A stretch of DNA of 63,772 nucleotides, the filler included, from Chrysochromulina tobinii (Eukaryota): NCBI GenBank assembly GCA_001275005.1. It is 8 parts of 8 records of this genome, joined end to end, with 100 filler letters (N's around TTAATTAATTAA, not from the genome) between each part and the next. Parts side by side here need not be neighbours in the genome. Positions count along the whole stretch, not along the records: positions 16,670 to 25,285 come from JWZX01000949.1; positions 25,386 to 36,559 come from JWZX01000950.1; 6 more parts are not named here. One strand, written 5' to 3'. The notes below the pieces were generated by a model. That model saw only the letters and a list, made by a program, of their open reading frames with translations, ran no database searches and was not told the DNA's origin. A program made the position numbers and the translations under genes. Of this stretch, positions 24,548 through 36,659 are shown in pieces; position 1 is the stretch's first letter; every line of letters begins with the position of its first letter.

Positions 24548-25068
24548 AAACCTAAAAGAGGGAATCGGCTGGTTTAAACATATACAAGCAAGCAAATATT
24601 CCATCCTCTCTTACGCTTGTTTAGGTACTTGAGTGTTGTTTCGACTATACTTAGCTTGCTTGCATGTACACATACCCTGTTCCCTGACAACTTTTAGCGA
24701 AAAACGCCATCCGCGCAGTATCACACTAGGTGGTATGCGCATCTCTCGTCATTCCAAGGATTAGGCTACACGTACTCCGCTGCGAAGTGCTAAGAAACGG
24801 GTAACATGATCCTGGGTCGATAAAGTTTAAGATCCTCCCTGATCCTGTTACCGTGTTCGACATGATCCACAAGTCCGTGCTGGGAGCACGACGCCATCCT
24901 CAACTTGACTGAGTTCGAGGGCCACGTCCTCACGTGATCGAGAAGGCGCGGGGTGACCGCGACGAAACTGCTTGACGGACAGAGTAGGCCAAAAATATCC
25001 GAGATTCGTCTGCCGCCGCGTCTCTCTTTGCGGCAACTGGATTTCACGTCTTCCTGCCCGATCTGTTT

Positions 25069-25285
25069 ATGTCGAACCAATATTACGGCGCCGGTGGAGG
25101 AGAGAAGCCGAGAGCCGCGGCTACGGGCCATGTGTCCGCTACTGGGCATGATCCATCGCCAACGTCGGTCACCGACACCTTTAACGAGCTAAAATTGGCA
25201 GAAGCGAACTGGCACCAAACGAGTTGGGCAGGTCCACCAGGATATGTGTTCCTGCCCGAGCCAGTGGTGGCTGCACCTGCGCGGC
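25069..25285 (+). CDS. 5' part of a tandem paralogue of the 23483 gene (truncated by contig end)
   Basis: GGEKPRAAA..GHVSATGHDPSPTS...LAEANWHQTSWAGPPGYVFLPEPVVAAPAR shared. Confidence 0.55.
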
Positions 25286-25385
25286 NNNNNNNNNNNNNNN
25301 NNNNNNNNNNNNNNNNNNNNNNNNNNNNNTTAATTAATTAANNNNNNNNNNNNNNNNNNNNNNNNNNNNNNNNNNNNNNNNNNNN
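25286..25385. other. Artificial contig spacer
   Basis: N44-TTAATTAATTAA-N44. Confidence 0.98.
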
Positions 25386-28040
25386 AGGTCGCCTCAGCCA
25401 CGAGAGATTCGCTGCCGTGTGCTCGGTGCTCAGCAAGGGCCGCTGTCAGTTTATCGCAGTCGCCGGACGCCATCGCCTCCCTCAAGGCCGCATTGCTCGC
25501 CTCTAATCGGCCAATTTCCTTATCGGCCACGCACTTGACTTTGGAGCCGACTGTGAGCGGCTCAAGGACGTCGGCGGCTGTCTCGCACAAGTGCAGGTCC
25601 TTGATGTCGGAGCCACGGAAGATGATGTAGTCGTAGATCTCGGACGGCGCCGGGATCGGGTTGTCCGGCTTGCGATTCTCCGTGCCGAAGGAGCGCACGT
25701 TCTGCAGCGCCACCGTTGATTCCTGCGTGTTGATCGTGTACAGCGTGCCCTCGTAGCGGATCTCGCTCTTGGAGATGAGCACAATGCGGCTGCTAAGGTA
25801 AGGCATTGCGTTCGCCAACCCGACGTCGCGGCTGCCAAGGAAAGGCAAAGGCACGCCTCCGGACATTGGGCTGGCTGGTGGATGTCTGTGGTTTGTTGCT
25901 GCTACGTCGCTCGCGACTGCATCGCCTGCGGAGACGTCAGCAGCGTCGCATTCATTCGCGCCACAATCCGAACGCACCTGCTTGCTTCCAGTTGTGATCT
26001 TCTTCTTGACCGTGCGCGCATTCGCTGATAGGCGATCAGCCTCAGCCTTCTCTGCTGCCGCCTTCTCAGCCCCTATGTGCTCCGCCTCGAGCCGCTCTGC
26101 GTCTGCATGTTCAGCCGCTGCCCTCTCGGCCGCGGCCGCGGCCGCCGCGCGTGCCTCGCGCGCCTTCTCGCGCGCCTTGCACTGCACCTGCTCCATCGCC
26201 TCCGCCTCGCGCTCCGCCTCAGCTCGCTCGAGCTCGTCTCGCCGCTTCTGCGCCGCCTTCGCCTCTTGCTGCTCCTTCTTGGCTACCTTGCGGCACTCCT
26301 CGGCGAGTTGATCGCGCAATCGGCGCGCCTCCTTGAGCACGGCCGCCGTGCTCGTCACATTCGGGTCCACCGCGCTTACGCATGCATTGATCGCCTGGCG
26401 CAGGTCGGCGAGGCGCGTCGTGACGGGCACGCCCCCGGACTCGTCACACGCCGCCTTGCATGCGGCGCGAAGTACGCACTCCGCCACCTCAGCAGCACTC
26501 TGCGACTGCTTTGCGCGCAGCTCGTCACGCCGATTCATTGCGCGCACCATCAAGCCACCATCCGATGTGAACATTTGCACAGCAGCGGACGCCGGCGCCG
26601 GCGACAGCTCGAGCAAGTCGCACAGACGGTCCACAATGGTGAGCGGCGCAGAGCCGTTGCGGCCGCTCGCAGCCTCCGTGCTCAGGGCACGCGCATGCGC
26701 CGCCTCGGTCACGGCGTCGATGGCCTTCTCGAGGCGTGCCAATGCCCACTCCTCCGCAGTGCCGTTTGCACCAGAAGCGACGGCGCCGCGAAGCCCCTCG
26801 CCCACGAGCATTGTACCGAGCGCATTTGAGCTCTCGAGGGCTTCGCAAAGCTCCTCAACGGCCTGCCTGGCCTTCGCGATCGCGTCACGCACGCCCTGCT
26901 CACGCGCTCGGATCACACGCGCGCACTCCACCTTGCCGACCATGTCAGCGTGCTCATCCGCCTTGAGCCCAAATTGCGCCGACCTGCGCTTGCAGTCGGC
27001 TCCAAAGTCAAGGAGGACCTCGACACACGCTACACTGCCGGAGGTGGCCGCGAGCAGCAGCGGGAACCATCCGTTGTTATCCATGTTGTCGGGCTCGTTG
27101 GCGTCCGCGCGCGCCTTGAGCAGCCGCTGCGCCACGCGGTAGCTGCCGTGGAAGCAGGCCAGGTCGAGGGGGGTGAAGTTATTGCCGATGCACCATCGAG
27201 TGCCCACGCTATCGCGCCCGCCTTCGCGCAGCCACTTGGACACGTATGCGACGTCATCCATCTCGATGGCCACCTCGAGAGTAATCGTGAGCTGCTCCTC
27301 TGTCGCTTCAGGCGAGCGCCTCTGCTTGATGCCCATCTCGGTGAGCTCACGCTGCGCCGCCGATGTACCGAGCGAACCCACACGCCTGCCCTGCGCGGTC
27401 TCGATGCGCTTCTCGCGCCGCTGGGCATGCATACGCACCGCATGGTGACACTGGCGCGCGCGCTCGTCGCTGCCAAGCTCACAGAAGCCGAGGGCCGCGC
27501 GCGGTGAGCCTCTCGGCGCGCCGGCCCACTGCAGGTCTGGGCGCGCGTCGTACTCGAACAGGAGGTCGACCATGCGCTTATCGCTCACGGCGCACGCCGC
27601 CATCAGGGGCGTGATGGCCATGGTGCTCCCGTCCGAATGTACCCCGTCGGGCGAGGCGCGCGCCTTGAGTAGCAGAACGGCGCATGCAACCGAGCCGCAC
27701 CGGCATGCACAAGCGAGCGGGGAGAGTCCCTCGGTGGTGTCGATGATATGGATCGGGAAGCCGTTTCGGATGAGCTCAGTGAGGAAATACAAGTTGCCAT
27801 TGCCGGCGGCATACCAGACGGGCGAGCGCTGCTCATCGTCCACATGGGCTGCAATGAGCGCCTGCCCCTCGGGTGGCAAGATTGTACGCAGCTCGAGCAG
27901 CCTCGCGATCTCCTTGTCCTCGTCCAACTCAATGACCATGCACAGCATGTGTGCGAGCACATGTACCTGCCAGACGGCGAGTAGGTACCCTGCCGTCAGG
28001 TACCTACCGTCTGGCAGCATCCAGTTCCGGCTCACGATCC

Positions 28041-28121
<81 letters not shown>

Positions 28122-30077
28122 GCGGCGCGTGCTGCATCCGATTCGAATCACCGGGCGCCGCCGCAGAGGCGCCATTCGCGCCGCCGGTGTCGAGCGCCCT
28201 GGCCGTGTGGACTGGCTCACGCAGGCGCACCGCCTCGTCGAGTGCCATCGCCACTGGTGACCACTGATGACCACTGATGACCTCTGATGACCTCTGATGA
28301 CCTCTGATGATCTCGTCGAGTGCAATCGCCACTGGCGCGACGGGCAGCCGTCCAAAGGGCGTGTCGAGTCGTTTGGCGAGCTGCCGCAGCCATCCTTTGA
28401 TCAGCCCGGTGCCTTGCGGCTGACCGAGCGACTCCTCGTGTTGCGCGGCCTGACCCAAGAACCACTGGGCGCCTTGTAGGTCCTGCGACGAGCGCTGCAC
28501 CTGCTTTTGGTATTCGCTGATGTCCTCGGCCACGTTGGCCGCTTGAGGCGGGATGCATTGCAGCACGCCTGCGACGCGCCATTGGCCATAGAGAAGGCGT
28601 CGGCTGCATTCCCGGGCGATAGCGGCGCACTACTGGGGTTGCCGACACCCGTATCTTCTCCGGCGCCTTCGACGTCGTCCACTCCACGCACCTCGGTGAG
28701 CGCGGTCAGCGGCACAAAATGCGTACGCCAGTGGCCGTTCAACTCAACGGATACGCGGCAGCGCGCCGAGCTCACCTCGAACTCGAGTACCACGCCGCGC
28801 CGGCCGATGATGACGGGCACTTGAGATTGGTCGGAGATCTCGACCAGCTTGCCCTCGGGCAGCTTGCCATGCCGGAAGGCATTAAGGAGCAGGCGCACGC
28901 ACTCGACGTCCCCACGCTCACGTGCGATCGCCATAGCGGTGCGCCCGTCCTGCGTGGTCATGCTCGGATCGGCCGCATGCTGCAGCAGCACCTTGACGCA
29001 CGCGGCATGCCGGCTGTCCACCGCAATCATGAGCGGCAAGAGTCGCGCCGAGATGGGCACCACGTTCGGGTCGGCTCGCTCGCTCAGCAACAGCTCACAC
29101 ACGTTGGATGAGCCCTGCTGGCACGCACAGTTGAGGAGCACCTGGCGCGCCTGCTCTCGAGTCGGCGCAAAAGGCTGCCCCATCACCACGAGCTGCGTGC
29201 AGGCCAGCCGCTGCTGCAACTCCTGCATCTCGAGCTTGGGATTGCGCGCGTGCTTCGTGAGGGTCTCGAGCGCGTTCGTGAGGATCGTGTTGTACAGACT
29301 CTCGTCCGTCGGCTTGCCGCCCGCATTGAGCAGCATGCTGACCAGCTGCGAGTCCCCGCGCGCAATCGCCGTCCGGAGGGCCACAAATTGATCTGGCCCG
29401 GGTTCGCTGCCGGGCAGGATGGGCGGCGCGTGCGCCTCGAGCAGCATCTGGACGCACCTCACGCGCCCGTGCAGCATGCCATTCGAAGTAGGATTCACGG
29501 AGATCGCGGATTGAATCAGGCTGAAGCCGTCCATGGCCGTGAGCAGCGGCGGCGACCGGGCGGGCGCACTCGCACTCACGCCCATGGCTCCAAATTGGAG
29601 CAATTGTGACAGCATCTGAGGGTCTGAACGGAGGCATGCCTGGCGGAGCGAATGCACGTACTCGCTCTCCGGCGTCATCCCGTCCTCAATTCGGTCGATC
29701 GCGATGGAATGCTGCGCGTCAGCATGACCCTGTGCAGGCGCGAGGCCAAGCAGCCGCCGAGCCTCAGCTTCGGTCTTTGGTCCGCCACGCCCGGCGGCGT
29801 GCATGACCCCGAGGCTGCACTGCACATCAGCATGCCCCTGTGCAGCCGCGAGGCTACACAGGCGCCGCGCCTCGGCCTCGTCCGTTTCGATGCGCGCTTC
29901 GCCCCTCCAGTGGGCCAACGCGATGCCGAAGCTAGACCAAAAGGTCACCTCGGGCATAAGCCCCGAGACCACCTCTCTTAGGAACTTGGCGTGTACCTGT
30001 GGGTGCTCCCGAAAGATGCGCTCCTTCCTCTCTGGCGTGGGGAAGAAGCGCCCAGGTCCGCCACGCCCTTGGAGCAT
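25386..30077 (-). CDS. 3'-partial chimeric protein: BSD-like fragment, Sel1 repeats, ankyrin repeats, SH3/KOW-like module, polyQ, ankyrins, coiled coil, LSM14 domain; frame change near 28500-28700 (intron or frameshift)
   Basis: [18 protein letters not shown]...GRGG (Sel1); [20 protein letters not shown] (ankyrin); [20 protein letters not shown]...[14 protein letters not shown] (LSM14). Whether the two ORFs form one gene is inferred. Confidence 0.7.
28042..28116 (-). repeat. (CAG)25 microsatellite encoding polyQ
   Basis: Pure CTG run on the + strand, in frame with the ankyrin ORF. Confidence 0.95.
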
Positions 30078-30238
30078 AGGTCTCCGCGCGCGGTTTTCCA
30101 CAAAAGGGACTGTCTTTCGAAGTCTTTACTCAATTTGGTCTTTTCCCGATCCTCATAGAGATGCCCTGGACTCTTCACTGTGAAGAGACATGGCGGGCTC
30201 CAGCGAGGAAGGCTAGTCACGTCGGAACCCCTAACATC

Positions 30239-31399
30239 ATGCCGGACTATGACCGACTCTCGCTGACCCTCTCCGTTTTCGGACTGGGCTCGTGCGTCGT
30301 TCATGCCGCGATTCTTCCTTGGGCGCCCACATGGAGCATCCTCCTTGCTCCAGTGCACGCCGCGTGCTGCGGCTTCCTGCTGCTCCTTCTGCACCCAGGG
30401 ATCGGGGCAATGCTCCAGCGCTTGCAGGTGCTCGGCGATCAGGCGGACCCACTGGTGGTCCTTAATGATCCGATCGTAAAATCAGCGATGAGCTCGTCGC
30501 CACCGCCGCCGCAGCCGTGGCGGCACACGCTGTTTGCGCTTGTGCTCCGCGCCCTCGCCGATCTCTTCGCGGCGATGCATGCAGCCCGCAGCCGCGGCGG
30601 CGGCGCTGGCGCGGAGCTCACGCCCGCCGTGCTCGAGAGCCTGCACGAGGCCGCCGGCGCGGCGAGCATCGGCTGCCTGCTATACGCCTCGTGGCACCTC
30701 GGCGCCCAGCCGTCGAGCTTCCTCTCCTCAATGTGCTGGGGTCTCAGCATGTGCGGGGGTGTGCAGATGCTGCTCTCGGCGCCACCGCCGGCTGCGTTGG
30801 GCACTGTGGCGCTTTATCAAGGGGGCCTCGCCGCCGCGCGCTCGCTGCTCGCGTGTGCGCTCGTGGCACAGGCCGCGAGCGCCCTGTGCGCCGCTCTCTC
30901 CGCGTCGGGTAAGGGCACGTTGCCGCCACCATGCGCGGATGTGCCGCGCTGGAGCGCTCAGACTGCGGGCAGCTTGCTCCTGCTCTCACGCCCAATGCTT
31001 GCGGCCCTGCTGCCCGCGGGCGGCGGCGCGCTCGCGTTTGCCGCTGAGCGGCTCGGCATGAGCGCACTCACCCTCTCTGCCTATGTGGCGCACTTCCCGC
31101 TCATCCCATGCGACGGCGAAGGGGACGTGGACGGCGCTACGGGAGGTGGCCGTGGTTACGAGTCACTCGAGCAGATGCGCGCAGCGCGGCGCGCGGCGCG
31201 CGAGGCGGCGCAGAGGGCGTACGTGCCGCCGCCGCCGCCGTTGCTGCAGGACAGCATAGGCCACAGAGGGGGCGTACAGGGCCTGCAATGGCACGATAGC
31301 TCCCTCTGCCGAGACGACGACGGTGCGACGCCGCGCCTTGCACCGGCGTGCCCGCGACGACGCTCCCGCGCCCGCACTCGAAGATCCCGACGACTGTGA
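30239..31399 (+). CDS. Hypothetical multi-pass membrane protein, divergent from the ankyrin gene; 3' end uncertain (may continue to 31641)
   Basis: Several hydrophobic segments (LSLTLSVFGLGSCVVHAAIL, ILLAPVHAACCGFLLLLL, etc.). Confidence 0.55.
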   Translation: MPDYDRLSLTLSVFGLGSCVVHAAILPWAPTWSILLAPVHAACCGFLLLLLHPGIGAMLQRLQVLGDQADPLVVLNDPIVKSAMSSSPPPPQPWRHTLFALVLRALADLFAAMHAARSRGGGAGAELTPAVLESLHEAAGAASIGCLLYASWHLGAQPSSFLSSMCWGLSMCGGVQMLLSAPPPAALGTVALYQGGLAAARSLLACALVAQAASALCAALSASGKGTLPPPCADVPRWSAQTAGSLLLLSRPMLAALLPAGGGALAFAAERLGMSALTLSAYVAHFPLIPCDGEGDVDGATGGGRGYESLEQMRAARRAAREAAQRAYVPPPPPLLQDSIGHRGGVQGLQWHDSSLCRDDDGATPRLAPACPRRRSRARTRRSRRL

Positions 31400-32126
31400 C
31401 TGTGAATGCCCGCGACGACGCGATCCGTCCGCTCACTGCACTCACCCCCGCCGCGCTGTTGTCTGGCTGTGGCGCAGGCGATGAGGCTCATGCCTTCTAC
31501 GAGGCGGTGCAGGGCGGCACCTTCCGACCACTCGAGCGGCCAGCCGCGCCGCCGTCGGAGCGACCCGCAGTCGCAGCCGCAGCGGCGCAAGGGCCGGCCT
31601 CCGGGGCTTCCGGGGCTTCCAGGGCGGCCTCGTCGGGCTAGCGTCGTCTCGGGCGTCGGACTCGACGTCGGGCGTCGTCTCGGGCGTCAGGGCGGCCTCG
31701 TCGGGCTAGCGTCGCACACTGTCCAGAGCAGCACGAAGGGACCCGTCGTCGTTCCCTCGCAATTCGTATCGGTAGAATCTCCCGTGCCCGCGTACAGGTG
31801 CGTTAAAGCGCCGGCATCGGGGTATGTCGTAATGCCCCGCCTTCCGGCCGCCTTGGCCGGTGTGCGAGAGAGCGCCAGGGTGCTTTGCCTTAGCCCGTTA
31901 GCGCGGTGAACCTAACGTAAACAAATCGCACGCTCGTTAAACTCATTCTGGATTCTCCAAACTCCGCTATGCGCTATCGATGTCCATCACGAAATCAACA
32001 AATCATCGACGTAGCACGTACCTTCGACCATGACCTTCGACCTAGGATGCGAACTATGGCGAACTCGTAAGTCCAAGCGCATCGTCAACCATCAACGGGG
32101 CAAAAAGGCAAGGGGGCGGCGTAGCG

Positions 32127-35100
32127 TCAAAGCGCATCCCTAACTTCGTCCTCGGGTGCCTCCCGCTGCGCCTCGTGACACTGTGCTTCGCAGCCGCACT
32201 GCGCGCACACTAGCAAGAGGGCCGGCACGTGGGCGCACCGCGGCAGCTCGTAGCCAGGACAGCCGTTACATGCAGCGCAGAAGCCACGACGCACGCCCTG
32301 GTGATCGGGGTGCGGCCCACGGGGCTTGGGCGGTGCGGGGAAGGGCTCGCCTACCAGCTGATACGCGTCCGCGAGCTCCTCCAGACGCTTGGCCCGCTGG
32401 ACCTCTACCTGCCGCCTCCGCTGCAGCTCGTGCACGCGCTCCGCCCGCGCCAGTATTGCGCCCTTGGAGAAGCGGCGCGGAGGCGCCGAACCGAGCGCCT
32501 CACGCGCCTTGCAGCGCTGGTCGGTCAGCACCGCGACCACAGCGCCCGGCGGCAAACCGAGAGCACTCATCCCCACCGCGCTGTCGTCCACATCGCGATC
32601 TCGGGTCGCCAGATCGCAAAGGCGCCTCCACGAGAGGACGGAGGGCGCCGTACTGGGCGCTGGCGGGGCCAGGCCGACGCAGTACGGCAGCAGCGAAGGC
32701 CACGTGCCCAGGGCTTCGGATCCCAAGGGGCGCTCAGTACGGCGCCCGGGGGCATCAAGGGGTGCCGCGCCGGCTGCGATCGCCTCGGCTCGGCCGTTAC
32801 GCGCCCGCCACGACGCCTCGCATCGTTCCTCGCAGTGATGGGTCGGAGGCGTGCCAGGCGTCGTGGTGGGCGTGTAACGGCCGAGGAGCGCACATGCCTC
32901 ATCAAGCGCCATCAGCACGCCCCCGTTCATGTGGCATCGGTGCAGCGCGCGGGCGGGCTCCTCAGCCAGCAGCTCGCGCGCGAGTGCGCGGCCGGCGGCG
33001 AGGTACACGCGCTCAGCGCGCAGGCGGGCTGTGCCAGACTCCCTGCACACAGCCTCCTCCTCCTCCGTCTCGTCCCGAGGCGTCGTGGTGGGCGCATCCA
33101 ACGACTCTTGAAAGCACGTCGGCGGCGCGGTGACAGGCACGAGCTGGCCGAGCTTCAGATCAAAGATCAGCTGGCGGCCGCCCGGTGCGGCGGCGTCGTG
33201 GGCGTCGTCGGGTGCAGCCTCGAGCAGCACAAACGCCGCCCGCTCGATACGCAACGCCTCGTCGTCCAATAACGGCTCGGCCACCCCTCGCACCTGTGGG
33301 GAGATGGCGCCATGGTGAGCGCTTGCATGCAAGGCGGGCAGCAGCTCGGCCACTCCTCGCACCATGTCGATGACCGTCCAGCGCGCAGCTGAGGTCCAGC
33401 CCGGCAATCAGAGGCAATCAGAGGCAATCAGAGGCAATCAGCTCCTCGCACCATGTCGATGACCGTCCAGCGCAGCTGAGGCAAGCCCGAGCTGAGCAGG
33501 CGCATCACCGCACAGGCCGCGGCAGAAGGCTCACTGCGCGACTCGCCGCCCACACGCACGAGCACCGCACGCAGGCAGTCACGCGCGGCCTCGTCGGCTG
33601 GCCACGACATAGGCAAAGGGGGCGCGCTCTCTGCGCCTTGACCCTGGCCTTGTGGAAGTGCCGCCGCCACGACCGCCTGCGCGCTCGCCCGTGGCGATAG
33701 TGCCACTGAGTGCCTCTGAGTGCCTCTGAGTGACCCTGAGTGCCTCTGAGTGCCTCTGAGTGCCCGTGGTGACAGTGCCGCCACCGAGCCCTGCCTTCCC
33801 ATTGTCGCTGGCGCTGTGGTGAGCGCTTCCATTGTCGCTGGCGCCGTGGTGAGCGCTTCCATTGTCGCTGGCGCAGCCTCGCGCATCCGGTGCACGACGC
33901 CCATGTTGCCACCCGACTCAAAGAAGGCTTCGACCTCCACCTCGCGCCATCGGGTCATCCCGTCGGCGAGCTCGATGTCGCTCGCGAACAGGGCCTCGCG
34001 GATGGCCTCGATAGCCTCGATGCTCAGACTACGGGTGCCGTGGTGAGCACATGCATGCTGGATGGCCTCGATGGCCTCGATGCTCAGACTGCCCGCTGCA
34101 CCGGCACCAGCGCCCGCCTCGCCTCCCTCTGCACCCGCTCCAGCGCCCACCTCGCCTGCCTCTGCACCCGCTGCAGCGCCCGCCTCGCCTGCCTCTACAC
34201 CCGCTCCAGCGCCCGCCTCACCTGCCTCTGCACCCGCTCCAGTGCCCGCCTCGCCTCCCACAGAGGCAGCGACGGCACCACATGAACCGAATGCACCAAA
34301 GGAGACTCCACCACCAGAGCCGTTGAACACGACCGGCATCGACGGCGCGCTGACGGGAACGCCGGCTCGTCGGCGGCGGGTCGCAATGAGAGTGAGAAGG
34401 GCCGGGAGCAGCGTGTGCGTGAACAGCACGGCGAGCGGTGCGGCCGGCACGAGGCGCTCGCCACGGCGCTGCGCACCGATGGCCGGCGCTGAGGTCAGGA
34501 GCACGCTGAGGACGGAGGCAATCAGAGGTCATTAGTAGGTCATCAGAGGCAATCACCTGATTGAGAGCCGAGGTCAGGAGCACCACCGGTGGCAGGTGCA
34601 GGACCCCCTCGACGAGGCAGAGTCGTTGCGGACGAGTGCGATCTCGCGGCAGTTTGACTGGCACCTTAACAATCAAGTCGCCTCGCTCGCATGTCGCCGG
34701 GTCCAGTTCGGGTGCGGGCGCCGCCGCCGACTTCTGCCCCAGGAGCTGCTCGCGCTCCTCGATCGTGCCAGTGCCGCGCAGCACATCCCTGGTAGGGTAG
34801 TGGGGCATCCCCTTGCGAGGCACGACGGCTCGTGCGTAACCACTTCGGTCATACCCGAGCCGAGCTGCGAGGCAGTGCCCCACCGCAACGGCGTGACCCA
34901 GCACGCCCACTGTCTTGAGCTGCGTGCCCACCCACTTCTTCTCCGTACCCTCAAGGGTGCACACCTGATGTCGGAGGCCATCAGAGGTCATCAGAGGTCA
35001 TCAGAGGTCATCAGAGGCCATCAGAGGCCACTTCCGTGCCATCAAGATGCACTCAAAAGTGCACGCTCACTTGCTGCGTGAAGAAGACGGTCGATGAGGC

Positions 35101-35991
35101 GTCGATCACGCCAGCTTCGTCAGCTTCGTCACCAGCCGCCGGCGTGCGCCTCCACAGGTCGTTCCCCACTCGCTCCCATAGGGCGTGCGGCTCCTGCGCG
35201 AGGACAAACACAAGGTCGGCCTTGCCGCCCGTCGACACGTGGCCCTCGTTCTTGAACCAATACGTCGCACCCTCGAGCTCACCCGGCCGAAGGTCGAGCT
35301 TAAATGTGTCGTCCGTCCTCTTGGCCCATTTGGTGCCTTCGAAGAGCTGCCGGTTGAAGCGCACCACCTTTCGGCCGCCGCTGAAGAGCTCCTCGAGGGA
35401 CACGAGCACGTCCATACACGACGGCGGCGGCTTCGTTGCCTCATCGTCGGCGACGACCACGCCCGCCTCATACTGCGCCTCCACCTTGAGCCGCGCCTGA
35501 TCATAAGCCTGGCGCGTGGCCGGCTCCGTCAAGATGTCGTATGCGACCTGCACTTGGTGGTACCGCTCCTTGGCGGCGACGCGCTGCACCTCCGATGCGC
35601 CCAGCTGCTTGTCCGGGTGCAGTGAGAGCGCGAGCTTGCGGTAAGCCTCTTTGAGCTCGTGGGTGGACGCGAAGCGATCGATGCCGAGATGCTCATAGTA
35701 GTCCGCGTACTTGTTGAAATGTTTCATCGTGCGTCGGTCGAAATCAATAGCATCCGGCTTAAACGTTGGGTCGCGTCGTCGGCGCTCATCCATCATCTTT
35801 GAAATCTTCTCTGCCTCCTTGCTAAGTGCGGCAGCCATTTTTGTCTTCGTGTCCTCGGAGACCTCAAAGCTTTGTGAGCCGATCTTGTTGACCTCGTGCA
35901 CCTTTTTCGGCGCAGCCTTCTCGCGCAGCTCGGCTTGCGACTGCTGACGAGCGAGCGCTGGGTCGAAAACGGCCACGGAGTTGCGAGCCAT
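32127..35991 (-). CDS. Multi-exon DnaJ/Hsp40-like protein (J domain plus DnaJ_C) with a long extension ending in a Cys/His motif (exons 35991-35071, 34964-34557, 34468-33452, 33293-32127; possible extra 5' exon)
   Basis: DYYEHLG..LKEAYRKLALSLHPDK; VSLEELFSG; ADLVFVL..EPH; VCTLEG, KGMP, RGDLIVKV; C-terminal CAACNGCPGY...CAQCGCEAQCH. Confidence 0.75.
33294..33451 (-). other. Intron with (CTGATTGCCT)n array and an internal copy of the upstream exon end
   Basis: ATG|GTGCGA...ccccaCAG|GTG gives WTVIDM|VRGVAEP. Confidence 0.7.
34469..34556 (-). other. Intron with decamer array and an internal copy of exon sequence
   Basis: CAG|GTGATT...gtgcgCAG|CGC gives SALNQ|RRGERL. Confidence 0.7.
34965..35070 (-). 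other. Intron with (CCTCTGATGA/G)5 array
   Basis: CAA|GTGAGC...gacatCAG|GTG gives FFTQQ|VCTLEG, restoring DnaJ_C. Confidence 0.9.
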
Positions 35992-36559
35992 CGTGCGCGC
36001 GAACTCGTTGCGGACCACTGTCGCCTGAGAACACTACAGCGCCACCATCGAAGCTCTAGAAGTTCACTGTCTAAAGTAGGATATTCCGAGCATTTCAATA
36101 CGCCTCCACCAAGATGGAGTCTGAGCTTCCACCGCCCTCATCGCCTTCCGCTCCCAGCAGAACAAACTGGTGAGCAGACTGCTGATGATCCTCGTCGCCC
36201 TCAGCTCCTAGCAGGACAAACTGCTGCGCGGCTGACCGCGCTCCGGTTCCGCGTGCTTCGTCGCCGCCGCCACCGCCTCCCAACAGCTCTTTTTCGTTTT
36301 TCCAGATGCTGGCTCTCGGTCCCGTCTCGTCTCGGGGGCCAAAAATCGGAGTTTTTGTGCGATACGATTGGTGCGCTTTGGCGCGCCACGTGCGTACCGA
36401 CCGTGGCAAAGTCTGCGTTTCAACGTATGCCCTTTTACGTTTTATGAAACGAAGTTTTCCTCGTGAAACTGTTGTGCCTTCACGTTGCGGCGCCGTTGCG
36501 GTCGTTTATGTGAACATGTGTTCGAGGGTTGGGTCTCAACATCTTATCTCGACAGACCA

Positions 36560-36659
36560 NNNNNNNNNNNNNNNNNNNNNNNNNNNNNNNNNNNNNNNNN
36601 NNNTTAATTAATTAANNNNNNNNNNNNNNNNNNNNNNNNNNNNNNNNNNNNNNNNNNNN
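36560..36659. other. Artificial contig spacer
   Basis: N44-TTAATTAATTAA-N44. Confidence 0.98.

Noticed and set aside
24570..24680. Possible MITE (CAAGCAAGC / GCTTGCTTG inverted repeat)
   Set aside because: Only ~9-10 bp, no target duplication and no second copy in the window
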